Notes: a model not told the origin generated them from the letters alone. A stretch of DNA of 64,000 bases from Escherichia coli (GCF_017348835.2 NZ_CP071375.1); one strand, 5' to 3'; positions 45,666-57,879 are shown, numbered from the stretch's first letter. Made by a program: numbers and translations.

Positions 45666-46234
45666 AAACGGGGGCTGAAGCCATCCGGGCACTGGCCACA
45701 CAGCTCCCGGCGTTTCGTCAGAAACTGAGCGACGGCTGGTATCAGGTACGGATTGCCGGGCGGGACGTCAGCACGTCCGGGTTAACGGCGCAGTTACATG
45801 AGACTCTGCCTGATGGCGCTGTGATTCATATTGTTCCCAGAGTCGCCGGGGCCAAGTCAGGTGGCGTATTCCAGATTGTCCTGGGGGCTGCCGCCATTGC
45901 CGGATCATTCTTTACCGCCGGAGCCACCCTTGCAGCATGGGGGGCAGCCATTGGGGCCGGTGGTATGACCGGCATCCTGTTTTCTCTCGGTGCCAGTATG
46001 GTGCTCGGTGGTGTGGCGCAGATGCTGGCACCGAAAGCCAGAACTCCCCGTACACAGACAACGGATAACGGTAAGCAGAACACCTATTTCTCCTCACTGG
46101 ATAACATGGTTGCCCAGGGCAATGTTCTGCCTGTTCTGTACGGGGAAATGCGCGTGGGGTCACGCGTGGTTTCTCAGGAGATCAGCACGGCAGACGAAGG
46201 GGATGGTGGTCAGGTTGTGGTGATTGGTCGCTGA
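45563..46234 (+). CDS. I: tail tip assembly protein I
   Basis: 223-aa, overlaps K as in lambda. Confidence 0.85.
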   Translation: MAATHTLPLASPGMARICLYGDLQRFGRRIDLRVKTGAEAIRALATQLPAFRQKLSDGWYQVRIAGRDVSTSGLTAQLHETLPDGAVIHIVPRVAGAKSGGVFQIVLGAAAIAGSFFTAGATLAAWGAAIGAGGMTGILFSLGASMVLGGVAQMLAPKARTPRTQTTDNGKQNTYFSSLDNMVAQGNVLPVLYGEMRVGSRVVSQEISTADEGDGGQVVVIGR

Positions 46235-46294
46235 TGAAAAACGTTTTATGTGAAACCGCCTCCGGGCGGTTTTGTCGTTTATGGAGCGTGAGGA

Positions 46295-49200
46295 ATGGGT
46301 AAAGGCAGCAGTAAGGGGCATACTCCGCGCGAAGCGAAGGACAACCTGAAGTCCACGCAGTTGCTGAGTGTGATCGATGCCATCAGCGAAGGGCCGGTTG
46401 AAGGTCCGGTGGATGGATTAAAAAGCGTGCTGCTGAACAGTACGCCAGTGCTGGACACTGAGGGGAATACCAACATCTCCGGCGTCACGGTGGTGTTCCG
46501 GCCCGGTGAGCAGGAGCAGACACCGCCGGAGGGATTTGAATCCTCCGGCTCCGAGGCGGTGCTGGGTACGGAAGTGAAATACGACACGCCGATTACCCGG
46601 ACCATCACGTCGGCAAACATCGACCGTCTGCGCTTTACCTTCGGTGTGCAGGCACTGGTGGAAACCACCTCAAAGGGGGACCGGAATCCGTCGGAAGTCC
46701 GCCTGCTGGTTCAGATACAGCGTAACGGTGGCTGGGTGACGGAAAAAGACATCACCATTAAAGGCAAAACCACCTCACAGTATCTGGCCTCGGTGGTGGT
46801 GGATAACCTGCCGCCGCGCCCGTTTAATATCCGGATGCGCAGGATGACGCCGGACAGCACCACAGACCAGCTGCAGAACAAAACGCTCTGGTCGTCATAC
46901 ACCGAAATCATCGATGTGAAACAGTGCTACCCGAACACGGCACTGGTCGGCGTACAGGTGGATTCGGAGCAGTTCGGCAGCCAGCAGGTGAGCCGTAATT
47001 ATCATCTTCGCGGGCGCATTCTGCAGGTGCCGTCGAACTATAACCCGCAGACGCGACAATACAGCGGTATCTGGGACGGAACGTTAAAACCGGCATACAG
47101 CAACAACATGGCCTGGTGTCTGTGGGATATGCTGACCCATCCGCGCTGCGGCATGGGGAAACGTCTTGGTGCGGCGGATGTGGATAAATGGGCGCTGTAT
47201 GTCATCGGCCAGAATTGCGACCAGTCGGTGCCGGATGGCTTTGGTGGCACGGAACCGCGTATCACCTGTAATGCGTACCTGACCACGCAGCGCAAGGCGT
47301 GGGATGTGCTCAGTGATTTCTGCTCGGCGATGCGCTGTATGCCGGTATGGAACGGGCAGACGCTGACGTTCGTGCAGGACCGGCCATCGGATAAGGTGTG
47401 GACCTATAACCGCAGTAATGTGGTGATGCCGGATGATGGCGCGCCGTTCCGCTACAGCTTCAGCGCCCTGAAGGACCGTCATAATGCCGTTGAGGTGAAC
47501 TGGATTGACCCGAATAACGGCTGGGAGACGGCGACAGAGCTTGTGGAGGATACGCAGGCCATTGTCCGTTACGGTCGTAACGTCACGAAGATGGATGCCT
47601 TTGGCTGTACCAGCCGGGGGCAGGCACACCGCGCCGGGCTGTGGCTGATTAAAACGGAGCTGCTGGAGACGCAGACCGTGGACTTCAGCGTGGGCGCAGA
47701 AGGGCTTCGCCATGTACCGGGCGATGTCATTGAAATCTGTGATGATGACTATGCCGGTATCAGCACCGGCGGGCGTGTGCTGGCGGTGAACAGCCAGACC
47801 CGGACGCTGACGCTCGACCGTGAAATCACGCTGCCATCCTCCGGTACCACGCTGATAAGCCTGGTTGACGGAAGTGGCAATCCGGTCAGCGTGGAGGTTC
47901 AGTCCGTCACCGACGGCGTGAAGGTGAAAGTGAGCCGTGTTCCTGACGGCGTTGCCGGATACAGCGTGTGGGGGCTGAAGCTGCCGACGCTGCGCCAGCG
48001 CCTGTTCCGCTGTGTGAGTATCCGTGAGAACGACGACGGCACGTATGCCATCACTGCCGTGCAGCATGTACCGGAAAAAGAGGCCATCGTGGATAACGGA
48101 GCGCACTTTGACGGCGACCAGAGCGGCACGGTGAATGGTGTCACGCCGCCAGCGGTGCAGCACCTGACCGCAGAAGTCACCGCAGACAGTGGGGAGTATC
48201 AGGTGCTGGCGCGCTGGGACACGCCGAAGGTAGTGAAGGGTGTGAGCTTTATGCTTCGCCTGACCGTGGCCGCCGATGACGGCAGTGAGCGGCTGGTCAG
48301 CACGGCCCGGACGACGGAAACCACTTACCGCTTCAGGCAGCTGGCGCTGGGGCGTTACACGCTGACGGTCCGGGCGGTAAATGCCCGGGGACAGCAGGGC
48401 GATCCGGCGTCGGTATCGTTCCGGATTGCCGCCCCGGCAGCGCCGTCGCGGATTGAGCTGACGCCGGGCTATTTTCAGATAACTGCCACGCCGCATCTTG
48501 CCGTTTATGATCCGACGGTACAGTTTGAGTTCTGGTTCTCGGAAACGCGGATTACCGATATCAGGCAGGTTGAAACCACAGCCCGCTACCTTGGCACGGG
48601 GCTGTACTGGATAGCCGCCAGTATCAATATCAAACCGGGCCATGATTATTACTTTTATATCCGCAGTGTGAACACCGTTGGCAAATCGGCATTCGTGGAG
48701 GCCGTCGGTCGGGCGAGCGATGATGCGGAAGGTTACCTGGATTTTTTCAAAGGCAAGATAACCGAATCCCATCTCGGTAAAGAGCTGCTGGAAAAAGTTG
48801 ATCTGACGGAGGATAACGCCAGCAGACTGGATGAGTTTTCGAAAGAGTGGAAGGACGCTAACGATAAATGGAATGCCATGTGGGGCGTCAAAATTGAGCA
48901 GACCAAAGACGGCAAACATTATGTCGCGGGTATTGGCCTCAGCATGGAGGACACGGAGGAAGGCAAGCTGAGCCAGTTTCTGGTTGCTGCTAACCGTATC
49001 GCGTTTATTGACCCGGCAAACGGGAATGAAACGCCGATGTTTGTGGCGCAGGGCAACCAGATATTCATGAACGACGTGTTCCTGAAACGCCTGACGGCAC
49101 CCACCATTACCAGCGGTGGCAGTCCTCCGGTATTTTCCCTGACATCAGACGGAAAGCTGACCGCTAAAAATGCGGATATCAGTGGCAGTGTGAATGCGAA

Positions 49201-49708
49201 CTCAGGGACGCTCAACAATGTCACGGTAAATGAAAACTGTACGATTAAGGGCATGCTGGAGGCGACTCAGGTCAGAGGTGACTTCGTTAAAGCTGTATCC
49301 AAATCATTTCCGAAACAGGCTGGTACGTGGGGTAACACGGAAACACCAAACGGGACGGTTACAGTCACCATCAGCGATGATCATAACTTTGACCGTCAAA
49401 TCATTATTCCGCCCATTATCTTTAACGGAATAGCGTATAGCGATCCGGGAAGTGGTAATAACCCGGGAGGTACAAGATACACGGGTTATGGTTTTGAAGT
49501 TCGCAAAAACGGTGTATTAATCGCATCCAGAGAAACTAAAGGGGCCATTCCCGGTAGCTACAGTGCGGTTATTGATATGCCGAGTGGCAGGGGAAGCGTC
49601 ACTCTGGAGTTTAAGGTTTTCCATAAAGGCAATCAGTGGGCAGGTAATATCACCGACTGTACGGTGATTGTGACCAAAAAAGCCGCTTCCGGCATCAGTA
49701 TTCGTTGA
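46295..49708 (+). CDS. J: central tail fibre / host specificity protein J
   Basis: 1137-aa lambda J-like. Confidence 0.95.
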   Translation: MGKGSSKGHTPREAKDNLKSTQLLSVIDAISEGPVEGPVDGLKSVLLNSTPVLDTEGNTNISGVTVVFRPGEQEQTPPEGFESSGSEAVLGTEVKYDTPITRTITSANIDRLRFTFGVQALVETTSKGDRNPSEVRLLVQIQRNGGWVTEKDITIKGKTTSQYLASVVVDNLPPRPFNIRMRRMTPDSTTDQLQNKTLWSSYTEIIDVKQCYPNTALVGVQVDSEQFGSQQVSRNYHLRGRILQVPSNYNPQTRQYSGIWDGTLKPAYSNNMAWCLWDMLTHPRCGMGKRLGAADVDKWALYVIGQNCDQSVPDGFGGTEPRITCNAYLTTQRKAWDVLSDFCSAMRCMPVWNGQTLTFVQDRPSDKVWTYNRSNVVMPDDGAPFRYSFSALKDRHNAVEVNWIDPNNGWETATELVEDTQAIVRYGRNVTKMDAFGCTSRGQAHRAGLWLIKTELLETQTVDFSVGAEGLRHVPGDVIEICDDDYAGISTGGRVLAVNSQTRTLTLDREITLPSSGTTLISLVDGSGNPVSVEVQSVTDGVKVKVSRVPDGVAGYSVWGLKLPTLRQRLFRCVSIRENDDGTYAITAVQHVPEKEAIVDNGAHFDGDQSGTVNGVTPPAVQHLTAEVTADSGEYQVLARWDTPKVVKGVSFMLRLTVAADDGSERLVSTARTTETTYRFRQLALGRYTLTVRAVNARGQQGDPASVSFRIAAPAAPSRIELTPGYFQITATPHLAVYDPTVQFEFWFSETRITDIRQVETTARYLGTGLYWIAASINIKPGHDYYFYIRSVNTVGKSAFVEAVGRASDDAEGYLDFFKGKITESHLGKELLEKVDLTEDNASRLDEFSKEWKDANDKWNAMWGVKIEQTKDGKHYVAGIGLSMEDTEEGKLSQFLVAANRIAFIDPANGNETPMFVAQGNQIFMNDVFLKRLTAPTITSGGSPPVFSLTSDGKLTAKNADISGSVNANSGTLNNVTVNENCTIKGMLEATQVRGDFVKAVSKSFPKQAGTWGNTETPNGTVTVTISDDHNFDRQIIIPPIIFNGIAYSDPGSGNNPGGTRYTGYGFEVRKNGVLIASRETKGAIPGSYSAVIDMPSGRGSVTLEFKVFHKGNQWAGNITDCTVIVTKKAASGISIR

Positions 49709-49777
49709 AATTGTTATAACCCATATAAGGGCACCAGAAATGGTGCCTTTTTTATTGCAGAAAAGCGAGAGGTAATT

Positions 49778-50377
49778 ATGCGTAAACTTTATGCCGCCAT
49801 TTTGTCCGCAGCCATTTGTCTGGCCGTATCCGGTGCGCCTGCATGGGCATCTGAACATCAGTCCACGCTGAGCGCGGGGTATCTTCATGCCTCGACGAAC
49901 GTTCCCGGCAGCGATGATCTTAACGGGATTAACGTGAAATACCGTTATGAGTTTACGGACACACTGGGGCTGGTGACGTCATTCAGCTATGCAGGAGACA
50001 AGAATCGCCAGCTTACCCGTTACAGCGATACCCGCTGGCATGAAGATTCCGTGCGTAACCGCTGGTTCAGCGTGATGGTGGGGCCGTCTGTGCGCGTGAA
50101 TGAATGGTTCAGCGCGTATGCGATGGCGGGTATGGCTTACAGCCGTGTGTCGACTTTCTCCGGGGATTATCTCCGCGTAACTGACAACAAGGGGAAAACG
50201 CACGACGTGCTGACCGGAAGTGATGACGGTCGCCACAGCAACACGTCTCTGGCGTGGGGAGCTGGCGTGCAGTTTAACCCGACCGAATCCGTGGCCATTG
50301 ATATTGCTTATGAAGGCTCCGGCAGTGGCGACTGGCGCACTGACGGTTTCATCGTGGGTGTCGGTTATAAATTCTGA
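49778..50377 (+). CDS. lom: Lom outer membrane protein (Ail/Lom/PagC family)
   Basis: 199-aa beta-barrel OMP with signal peptide, C-terminal ...GVGYKF. Confidence 0.85.
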
Positions 50378-50441
50378 TTAGCCAGGTAACACAGTGTTAT
50401 GACAGCCCGCCGGTTCTGGCGGGCTTTTTTGTGGGGGGAAT

Positions 50442-53402
50442 ATGGCAGTAAAGATTTCAGGTGTACTGAAAGACGGCACAGGAAAACCGGTACAGAACTG
50501 CATAATCCAGCTGAAAGCAAAACGTAACAGCACCACGGTGGTGGTGAACACGCTGGCCTCAGAAAATCCGGATGAAGCCGGGCGTTACAGCATGGACGTT
50601 GAGTACGGTCAGTACAGCGTTATTCTGTTGGTGGAGGGATTCCCGCCGTCACATGCCGGGACCATCACCGTGTATGAAGATTCTCAACCCGGTACGCTGA
50701 ATGATTTTCTCGGTGCCATGACGGAGGATGATGCCCGTCCGGAGGCACTGCGTCGTTTTGAACTGATGGTGGAAGAGGTGGCGCGTAACGCGTCCGTGGT
50801 GGCACAGAACACGGCAGCCGCAAAGAAGTCAGCCAGTGATGCCAGCACATCTGCCAGTGAGGCGGCAACCCGTGCGACTGATGCTGCAGATTCAGCACGT
50901 GCAGCCAGCACGTCAGCCGGACAGGCCGCGTCGTCGGCTCAGTCAGCGTCTTCCAGCGCAGGAACGGCATCAGCAAAAGCCTCTGAGGCATCAAAAAGTG
51001 CTGCCGCTGCAGAGTCCTCAAAAAGCGCGGCGGCTACCAGTGCCGGTGCGGCGAAAACGTCAGAAACGAATGCGGCAGCGTCAGAACAATCAGCCGCCAC
51101 TTCTGCATCCACCGCGACCACGAAAGCGTCAGAAGCTGCCACCTCAGCCCGGGATGCGGCGGCCTCAAAAGAGGCGGCAAAATCATCAGAAACGAGCGCA
51201 GCCTCGAGCGCCAGTAATGCCGCTTCCTCGGCAACGGCGGCAGGAAATTCCGCGAAGGCGGCAAAGACGTCTGAGACAAACGCTAAGTCCTCTGAAACGG
51301 CAGCAGCACAGAGTGCCTCCGCAGGCGCAGACTCAAAAACAGCGGCTGCATCATCTGCCAGCGCCGCGTCAACAAGTGCCGGGCAGGCCTCAGCCAGTGC
51401 CACCGCTGCCGGAAAGTCGGCAGAAAGTGCCGCATCGTCTGCTTCAACAGCCACAACGAAGGCTGGCGAAGCCACTGAACAGGCCAGCGCAGCAGCGAGT
51501 TCTGCTTCCGCAGCGAAGACATCCGAAACGAACGCGAAAGCGTCGGAAACCAGCGCAGAATCCTCAAAAACTGCTGCCGCATCGTCAGCCAGTTCGGCGG
51601 CGTCATCGGCATCATCTGCGTCTGCTTCAAAAGATGAGGCGACCAGACAAGCGTCAGCAGCGAAGAGCAGCGCCACGACGGCATCCACGAAGGCGACAGA
51701 GGCAGCTGGCAGTGCGACGGCGGCAGCTCAGAGCAAAAGTACGGCGGAATCCGCGGCAACGCGCGCCGAGACAGCGGCAAAACGGGCAGAGGATATTGCA
51801 TCCGCCGTGGCGCTTGAAGATGCGAGCACGACGAAAAAGGGGATAGTACAGCTCAGCAGTGCGACTAACAGCACTTCCGAGTCACTGGCGGCAACGCCAA
51901 AAGCAGTTAAGTCCGCGTATGACCTGGCTAACGGGAAATACACCGCACAGGATGCAACGACAGCACAGAAAGGGATAGTTCAGCTCAGCAGCGCGACCAA
52001 CAGCACATCTGAAATGCTGGCGGCAACGCCAAAGTCGGTAAAGGCAGCCTATGACCTTGCTAACGGGAAATATACCGCTCAGGACGCTACGACAGCACAA
52101 AAAGGAATTATCCAGCTCAGTAGTGCAACCAACAGCGCATCTGAAACGCTTGCCGCGACACCGAAAGCAGTGAAAGCAGCTAATGATAATGCGAATGGTC
52201 GGGTACCTTCTGCCCGTAAGGTGAATGGTAAGGCGCTTTCAGCGGATATAACACTGACGCCGAAAGATATTGGTACGCTTAACTCAACAACAATGTCATT
52301 CAGCGGTGGTGCTGGTTGGTTCAAATTAGCAACGGTAACCATGCCACAGGCGAGTTCTGTTGTTTCAATTACGTTGATTGGTGGCGCGGGATTTAACGTG
52401 GGGTCACCTCAACAGGCAGGTATATCTGAACTTGTTTTGCGTGCAGGTAATGGTAATCCGAAGGGGATTACTGGTGCTTTATGGCAGCGCACATCGACAG
52501 GGTTTACAAATTTTGCCTGGGTCAATACATCTGGTGATACTTACGATATTTACGTTGCAATCGGAAATTATGCGACTGGTGTAAATATTCAATGGGATTA
52601 TACCAGTAATGCCAGCGTGACTATTCATACGTCACCAGCATATTCTGCTAATAAGCCGGAAGGGTTAACGGACGGTACAGTTTATTCACTCTATACGCCA
52701 TCAGAGCAGTTTTATCCGCCTGGCGCACCAATCCCGTGGCCATCAGATACCGTTCCGTCTGGTTATGCCCTGATGCAGGGGCAGACTTTTGACAAATCTG
52801 CATACCCGAAACTTGCAGCCGCTTATCCGTCAGGCGTGATCCCTGATATGCGTGGCTGGACGATTAAGGGCAAACCCGCCAGTGGTCGTGCCGTATTGTC
52901 TCAGGAACAGGACGGCATTAAATCGCACACCCACAGCGCCAGCGCATCCAGTACGGATTTGGGGACGAAAACCACATCGTCGTTTGATTACGGCACTAAA
53001 TCCACGAATAACACCGGGGCTCATACGCACAGTCTGAGCGGCTCTACAAGCTCGGCCGGAGCACACTCGCACGTTGATGGTCGCAGGTTTAATACAAGCA
53101 CTTTTAAAGACACCTATCAGTATGGTTCTACAGCTGTCGGAAGTAACTCATACCAGGTACAAGGGGCGGTTGGTCTGGGCATTGGCACGATGGCGAATAC
53201 GAACTCTGCTGGCGCGCATACCCACTCACTGTCCGGCACTGCTGCAAGCGCAGGTGCACACGCACATACTGTCGGTATTGGTGCTCATACGCACTCCGTT
53301 GCGATTGGCTCACATGGACACACCATCACCGTTAACGCTGCTGGTAACGCGGAAAACACCGTCAAAAACATCGCATTTAACTATATTGTGAGGCTTGCAT
53401 AA
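50442..53402 (+). CDS. stf: side tail fibre protein (Stf)
   Basis: 986-aa; conserved N-terminus, long Ala/Ser-rich low-complexity region, three tandem 40-aa repeats, C-terminal HxH repeats. Confidence 0.85.
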   Translation: MAVKISGVLKDGTGKPVQNCIIQLKAKRNSTTVVVNTLASENPDEAGRYSMDVEYGQYSVILLVEGFPPSHAGTITVYEDSQPGTLNDFLGAMTEDDARPEALRRFELMVEEVARNASVVAQNTAAAKKSASDASTSASEAATRATDAADSARAASTSAGQAASSAQSASSSAGTASAKASEASKSAAAAESSKSAAATSAGAAKTSETNAAASEQSAATSASTATTKASEAATSARDAAASKEAAKSSETSAASSASNAASSATAAGNSAKAAKTSETNAKSSETAAAQSASAGADSKTAAASSASAASTSAGQASASATAAGKSAESAASSASTATTKAGEATEQASAAASSASAAKTSETNAKASETSAESSKTAAASSASSAASSASSASASKDEATRQASAAKSSATTASTKATEAAGSATAAAQSKSTAESAATRAETAAKRAEDIASAVALEDASTTKKGIVQLSSATNSTSESLAATPKAVKSAYDLANGKYTAQDATTAQKGIVQLSSATNSTSEMLAATPKSVKAAYDLANGKYTAQDATTAQKGIIQLSSATNSASETLAATPKAVKAANDNANGRVPSARKVNGKALSADITLTPKDIGTLNSTTMSFSGGAGWFKLATVTMPQASSVVSITLIGGAGFNVGSPQQAGISELVLRAGNGNPKGITGALWQRTSTGFTNFAWVNTSGDTYDIYVAIGNYATGVNIQWDYTSNASVTIHTSPAYSANKPEGLTDGTVYSLYTPSEQFYPPGAPIPWPSDTVPSGYALMQGQTFDKSAYPKLAAAYPSGVIPDMRGWTIKGKPASGRAVLSQEQDGIKSHTHSASASSTDLGTKTTSSFDYGTKSTNNTGAHTHSLSGSTSSAGAHSHVDGRRFNTSTFKDTYQYGSTAVGSNSYQVQGAVGLGIGTMANTNSAGAHTHSLSGTAASAGAHAHTVGIGAHTHSVAIGSHGHTITVNAAGNAENTVKNIAFNYIVRLA
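51835..52194 (+). repeat. 3 x 120-nt tandem in-frame repeats within stf
   Basis: Repeat protein unit [15 protein letters not shown](S/M)LAATPK(A/S)VK(S/A)[18 protein letters not shown]. Confidence 0.7.
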
Positions 53403-53986
53403 TGGCATTCAGAATGAGTGAACAAGCACGGACCATAAAAATTTATAATCTGCTGGCCGGAACTAATGAATTTATTGGTGAAGGTGATGCATATATTCCG
53501 CCTCATACAGGTCTGCCAGCAAACAGTACCGATATTGCACCACCAGATATTCCTGCTGGCTTTGTGGCTGTTTTCAACAGTGATGAGGCATCGTGGCATC
53601 TCGTTGAAGACCATCTGGGTAAAACGGTTTATGACGTAGCGTCAGGGGACGAGTTATTTATTTCTGAACTCGGTCCGTTACCGGAAAATGTTACCTGGTT
53701 ATCGCCGGAAGGGGAGTTTCAGAAGTGGAACGGCACAGCCTGGGTGAAAGATGCAGAAGCAGAAAAACTGTTCCGGATCCGAGAGGCGGAAGAAATAAAA
53801 AACAGCCTGATGCAGGTAGCCAGTGAGCATATTGCGCCACTTCAGGATGCTGTAGATCTGGAAATCGCAACGGAGGAAGAAACCTCATTGTTGGAAGCCT
53901 GGAAAAAGTATCGGGTGTTGCTGAACCGTGTTGATACATCAACTGCACCTGATATTGAGTGGCCTACGAATCCTGTCAGGGAGTAA
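53402..53986 (+). CDS. tfa: tail fibre assembly protein (Tfa)
   Basis: 194-aa, start overlaps the stf stop. Confidence 0.85.
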   Translation: MAFRMSEQARTIKIYNLLAGTNEFIGEGDAYIPPHTGLPANSTDIAPPDIPAGFVAVFNSDEASWHLVEDHLGKTVYDVASGDELFISELGPLPENVTWLSPEGEFQKWNGTAWVKDAEAEKLFRIREAEEIKNSLMQVASEHIAPLQDAVDLEIATEEETSLLEAWKKYRVLLNRVDTSTAPDIEWPTNPVRE

Positions 53987-54040
53987 TCATTGGGATTATG
54001 CCGCAGCACGTCTTAAGCAAGAACGTGCTGCGGTTGGATG

Positions 54041-54709
54041 CTATTTTTTCCCTGAAGCGGAAAACATTACTACAGTACCTTGAACCTTGGTTTTAACATT
54101 CTCGAAATGCTCTGAGAGTATATGTGTTAAGCCTTCTTCGGAATCTTTTGTGTTTGAAAAGATGCCTTTCTGATTGTAAATGCGCATCAGTTTTTGACCG
54201 AAGCTATTGTGCACAACTCCATCGCCAAGAATTGTGGCTCCGTATAGAGTTCCATCGTCAGTTAAGGCCTGCGCCGCATTGCGTATTACACAGCTTTTTG
54301 TAGATATATTTCCAGGCAGGCAGTGAAGAAGGTAAAACATGGAAATGGAATCAAATTGACCATGTAACGCCGCGGGATAAGGTTCAAAAACATCATGGCT
54401 AATTTTATGTTTAATTTTTGATTCCCCAGCCCTTGTAGATGCCGCGTTCAGGCTAGCTTCGTTCAAATCCATTAAAGATATCAGACTACTCTCAGGTACG
54501 TGAGTAAGGTAAAACCCAGTTCCAACACCAATATCCAGATGGTTGTTACCTAAATGTTCCAGAAAGTGTGGAAGAAGGTGTTCCTTTGTAGGACATCCCC
54601 ATGCAAGCCGATTTGATACTCCCAAAACCCACCAGTCATAAAGCTTTAGGGTAAGTGGTGTGTAAATTTTAGCCCCATCATCTGTGTTTTTTTTCATTAA
54701 TTTCACCAT
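54041..54709 (-). CDS. class I SAM-dependent methyltransferase (YbcY-like)
   Basis: 222-aa; LDIGVGTGF SAM-binding motif I; convergent with tfa. Confidence 0.65.
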   Translation of the reverse strand: MVKLMKKNTDDGAKIYTPLTLKLYDWWVLGVSNRLAWGCPTKEHLLPHFLEHLGNNHLDIGVGTGFYLTHVPESSLISLMDLNEASLNAASTRAGESKIKHKISHDVFEPYPAALHGQFDSISMFYLLHCLPGNISTKSCVIRNAAQALTDDGTLYGATILGDGVVHNSFGQKLMRIYNQKGIFSNTKDSEEGLTHILSEHFENVKTKVQGTVVMFSASGKK

Positions 54710-54765
54710 GTTATAGTTTTATTTGTGAATTAAATCAATTATGGCGATGAATTACAAGGGGTTAA

Positions 54766-55071
54766 ATGCTGCCGCAGCATAGCGATATTGAAATAGCCTG
54801 GTATGCTTCGATACAACAGGAGCCGAATGGCTGGAAGACCGTCACCACACAGTTCTACATCCAGGAATTCAGTGAGTATATTGCGCCACTGCAGGATGCT
54901 GTAGATCTGGAAATCGCAACGGAGGAAGAAAGATCGTTGCTGGAGGCATGGAATAAATATCGGGTATTGTTGAATCGAGTTGATACATCAGTAGCTCTGG
55001 GTATGAAGCTGTTTGTAACTCATGTTACAGTAACAGTCATTACTATCTCGAAGGTGCAAAATGTATATTGA
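54766..55071 (+). pseudogene. tail fibre assembly gene remnant (tfaX-like)
   Basis: 101-aa ORF whose residues 39-75 repeat the C-terminal Tfa segment [35 protein letters not shown], then diverges. Confidence 0.6.
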
Positions 55072-55254
55072 TTTGATATTTTATAAATTTACTTCGAATC
55101 TGGCACGTCAACTTTTGATTAAAGTAATATCAGTTTTCGGCGAAAAAAGGACCGTGTACATGAGACGATTTCATACAATAATAACAAAAATATGAATATG
55201 CTCCCAATGCAATATATGTTTTGCATTGGGAGCAAATAGCGGAATATTTTGAAA

Positions 55255-56739
55255 TTATTGTATTTCTGCTTCAGAATTTCCTGGGCAGTATATATTTTCT
55301 ATTTTTTGTGGAGTGATCAGGTGATGTACAACTGCTTTATCTACACATAAATTAACTCCGGTGAGAGCTAATGTATGCCCATCACCATTTATTGTTAGTA
55401 ACGGGCTGGAAAATTTCTCTGCCATCTTACGGGCATTAATCCAGGGCGTTGTTGGGTCGTATTTGTGTGCTATAAACAGTAAACCAGAGGGCAGAACAGT
55501 ATTTTTCAGGCGAGTTTTGTTCAGGTCGCTATGTATTGGCCATAATTCACAAAAATCAGGTGAATCGGAACGTCCATTGTCAAAGTTAATAGCCGGGAAG
55601 GCATTCGCAAGAGCGTCTTTTCGGGATTTTCGCTCTTCTGGTGTTAATTGCTCATCCCCCTGATCTACACAGAGGATTACCCCCGAAGCATCGCTTGACT
55701 CTTCTGAGGCTATCGGAGCACTGAGCGCAGTTTCAATTTCATTACTGACAATCCCCTGAGAGAACTGGCGTATGGCAGTTGCAAGGGTTGGCCATGATGA
55801 ACGCCATAGCAGAAGGTCTGTTGTTAATGATATGAGTTCATCTGAAGATATATTTTCTCTCTTACTGTCTAATAAAGGTTTGTGATGTAATTTTGATAAT
55901 AGCTCATGGAACTGAGTTATTGCCTTATCTCTGTCTGAAGAAAGCGGGCAACTTTTTGTACGCGCACACCAGGATGCAAAGCGATCAAACGTTTCCTGAT
56001 AACTCTGTGCCTGTTTGAGTTGCCATGTGAAGTTGTCCTCCAGGTCATCGATATCGACGACTCCATCAAGAACGATAGATCTTACGTTGTAGGGAAAACG
56101 TTCTGCATATAAGGCTGCAATTTGAGTTCCATACGAATACGCCACGGCTGTCAGTTGTTTATCCCCCAAGGCTTGCCTAATACGATCAATATCGTATACA
56201 GCCTCGTTAGAGCCGATATGGCGAATGACTTCGGCTCCGGTATTATGGATACAGGCATTAATTTTATTTAATACTTGTTGCTTTTCGGTTATGTTTTCCT
56301 GAGTCTCTGTATCTGATTGCCGGCAGTTTATTGTCGGAGTGGACTGTCCGACGCCTCGAGGATCAAATCCAATAATATCCCATGACTCACGAAGATTTGT
56401 GACTGGCCAGTCAAAGTTAATATAAGGATTTATGCCTGGTAACCCGGGACCACCACTTATTATCAGGATACTTCCTTTATGCTTGCTTTTTGCCGGCAAT
56501 TTTGTCAACGCTAGTTTGACTTGTGATTTTTTTTCATAAGAAGCATCTCCGCCTGTGTCTGTATATTTTAATGGAACAGACAAATAACCACATAGTAAGT
56601 CAGGAGACGGTTTTTCCTCACCAAACCAGTGGTTGAATTGACTGGCCATACAGGATTGCCACTGTATCTGCTGGGCAGATACGGTTACTGGTAGAAGTAA
56701 CGTTAAAACAACTTTGAAATGAGTAATTATTTTTCGCAT
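55255..56739 (-). CDS. secreted alpha/beta-hydrolase-fold protein, probably S33-type peptidase/esterase
   Basis: 494-aa; signal-peptide-like N-terminus (MRKIITHFKVVLTLLLPVTVSAQQ), GGPG segment, nucleophile-elbow-like AYSYG; AT-rich; hairpin ctcccaatgca...tgcattgggag downstream. Confidence 0.65.
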   Translation of the reverse strand: MRKIITHFKVVLTLLLPVTVSAQQIQWQSCMASQFNHWFGEEKPSPDLLCGYLSVPLKYTDTGGDASYEKKSQVKLALTKLPAKSKHKGSILIISGGPGLPGINPYINFDWPVTNLRESWDIIGFDPRGVGQSTPTINCRQSDTETQENITEKQQVLNKINACIHNTGAEVIRHIGSNEAVYDIDRIRQALGDKQLTAVAYSYGTQIAALYAERFPYNVRSIVLDGVVDIDDLEDNFTWQLKQAQSYQETFDRFASWCARTKSCPLSSDRDKAITQFHELLSKLHHKPLLDSKRENISSDELISLTTDLLLWRSSWPTLATAIRQFSQGIVSNEIETALSAPIASEESSDASGVILCVDQGDEQLTPEERKSRKDALANAFPAINFDNGRSDSPDFCELWPIHSDLNKTRLKNTVLPSGLLFIAHKYDPTTPWINARKMAEKFSSPLLTINGDGHTLALTGVNLCVDKAVVHHLITPQKIENIYCPGNSEAEIQ

Positions 56740-56925
56740 TGTGTCTCTGAATATCGGAATAAAGATAAGATTTGAATATATTGAGGTCTTGTGTTGCGGT
56801 AAGAGATTACACGTTATGACATAGGTTAAATGCTTACAAAATTAGTGGATATTGCCTACTTGTAACTGTAAACAAATTCCCCGGGGTTATACAATACCAC
56901 CGGGGAGAAAATCTGGTTAACTTCG

Positions 56926-57879
56926 TTAAAAGGTGTACTTAAGACCAGCAGTAGTGATGAAGTTATAGTTTTCTATGCCTGCACCATTTTTGCTGTAGTC
57001 TGAAGTGTTATCATTGTGATCATAAAGTGAAGTATTACCTTTTTTATTCGTAACCCGATTCCATGCGCCTTCAACATAAACTTTTGCGTTAGGTGTTACG
57101 TAATAACCTGCATTGACTGCAACAGAATAGTAATTTTGGTCTTTGACTTTACTGCGATAAGTGATTCTTTTTCCTGGGTCATAGTGCTCATCGTTATCAG
57201 ATGCTTCCACCCAGCCGCTGTATTTAAATGTGCCACCTAGCTCAAAATCTTCATAACGATAACTTCCAGTCAAGCCAATGTAGGGCATTTTAAAACGTTG
57301 TTTGTAGCCGATTGCTCTTTCTCCATTCGGGAAGGAGCCGATATCATCTCTGAATCCCTCCTCAGAACTGTAGATATAGGAACCACCTCTGGCTGTAAAG
57401 CTATAACGGCTTTCCTGATATCCGGCCATGAGTCCCAGGCGGTAATTGGGTTCGTTGAGGAGCCAGCCTTTGATATTCAGATCAAATTCGTTGGCATAAT
57501 TGAGTTGTGTATCAGGGTGCCTACTTTCATCTGTCCAGGTTCCGGGGTTACTGGAATCCATCCAGTCCTGATCGACCATATTGCCACCTCGGCTGCCGAG
57601 AGTAGTCCAGCCCGCAGCCCCAATAGATATCTGGGGCATCAAATCCCAATTAATTGCACCTTTAATAATTGCAGCGTTATTGAATTTCCAGTCGAGTTGA
57701 CTGACTTTTCGGCCTCCTTCTTCAGCTAGATAAACGCGCTCTTTTGTTTTTCCGCTCAGAGTTCCAAGACTAATGTCCGCATTTATGTTGTCAGGAGTAA
57801 ACGATATAGTCTCGGTAGAAGCAAAAGAGCTGATCGCAATAGGGGTTGTCAGAACTATTCCCAGAAGTTTCGCCCGCAT
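56926..57879 (-). CDS. ompT: omptin outer membrane protease
   Basis: 317-aa matching E. coli OmpT as recalled (MRAKLLGIVLTTPIAISSFA ... TAGLKYTF). Confidence 0.95.
   Translation of the reverse strand: MRAKLLGIVLTTPIAISSFASTETISFTPDNINADISLGTLSGKTKERVYLAEEGGRKVSQLDWKFNNAAIIKGAINWDLMPQISIGAAGWTTLGSRGGNMVDQDWMDSSNPGTWTDESRHPDTQLNYANEFDLNIKGWLLNEPNYRLGLMAGYQESRYSFTARGGSYIYSSEEGFRDDIGSFPNGERAIGYKQRFKMPYIGLTGSYRYEDFELGGTFKYSGWVEASDNDEHYDPGKRITYRSKVKDQNYYSVAVNAGYYVTPNAKVYVEGAWNRVTNKKGNTSLYDHNDNTSDYSKNGAGIENYNFITTAGLKYTF

Noticed and set aside
47084-48919. 611-aa ORF on the minus strand
   Set aside because: Antisense to the J tail-fibre gene; Arg/His/Pro-rich junk composition, with no start context or partner genes.
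50836-51846. 336-aa plus-strand ORF and 249-aa minus-strand ORF (50939-51688) rich in Arg/Pro/Gln or Ala/Asp
   Set aside because: Alternate-frame and antisense readings of the low-complexity Ala/Ser repeat region of stf; not independent genes.
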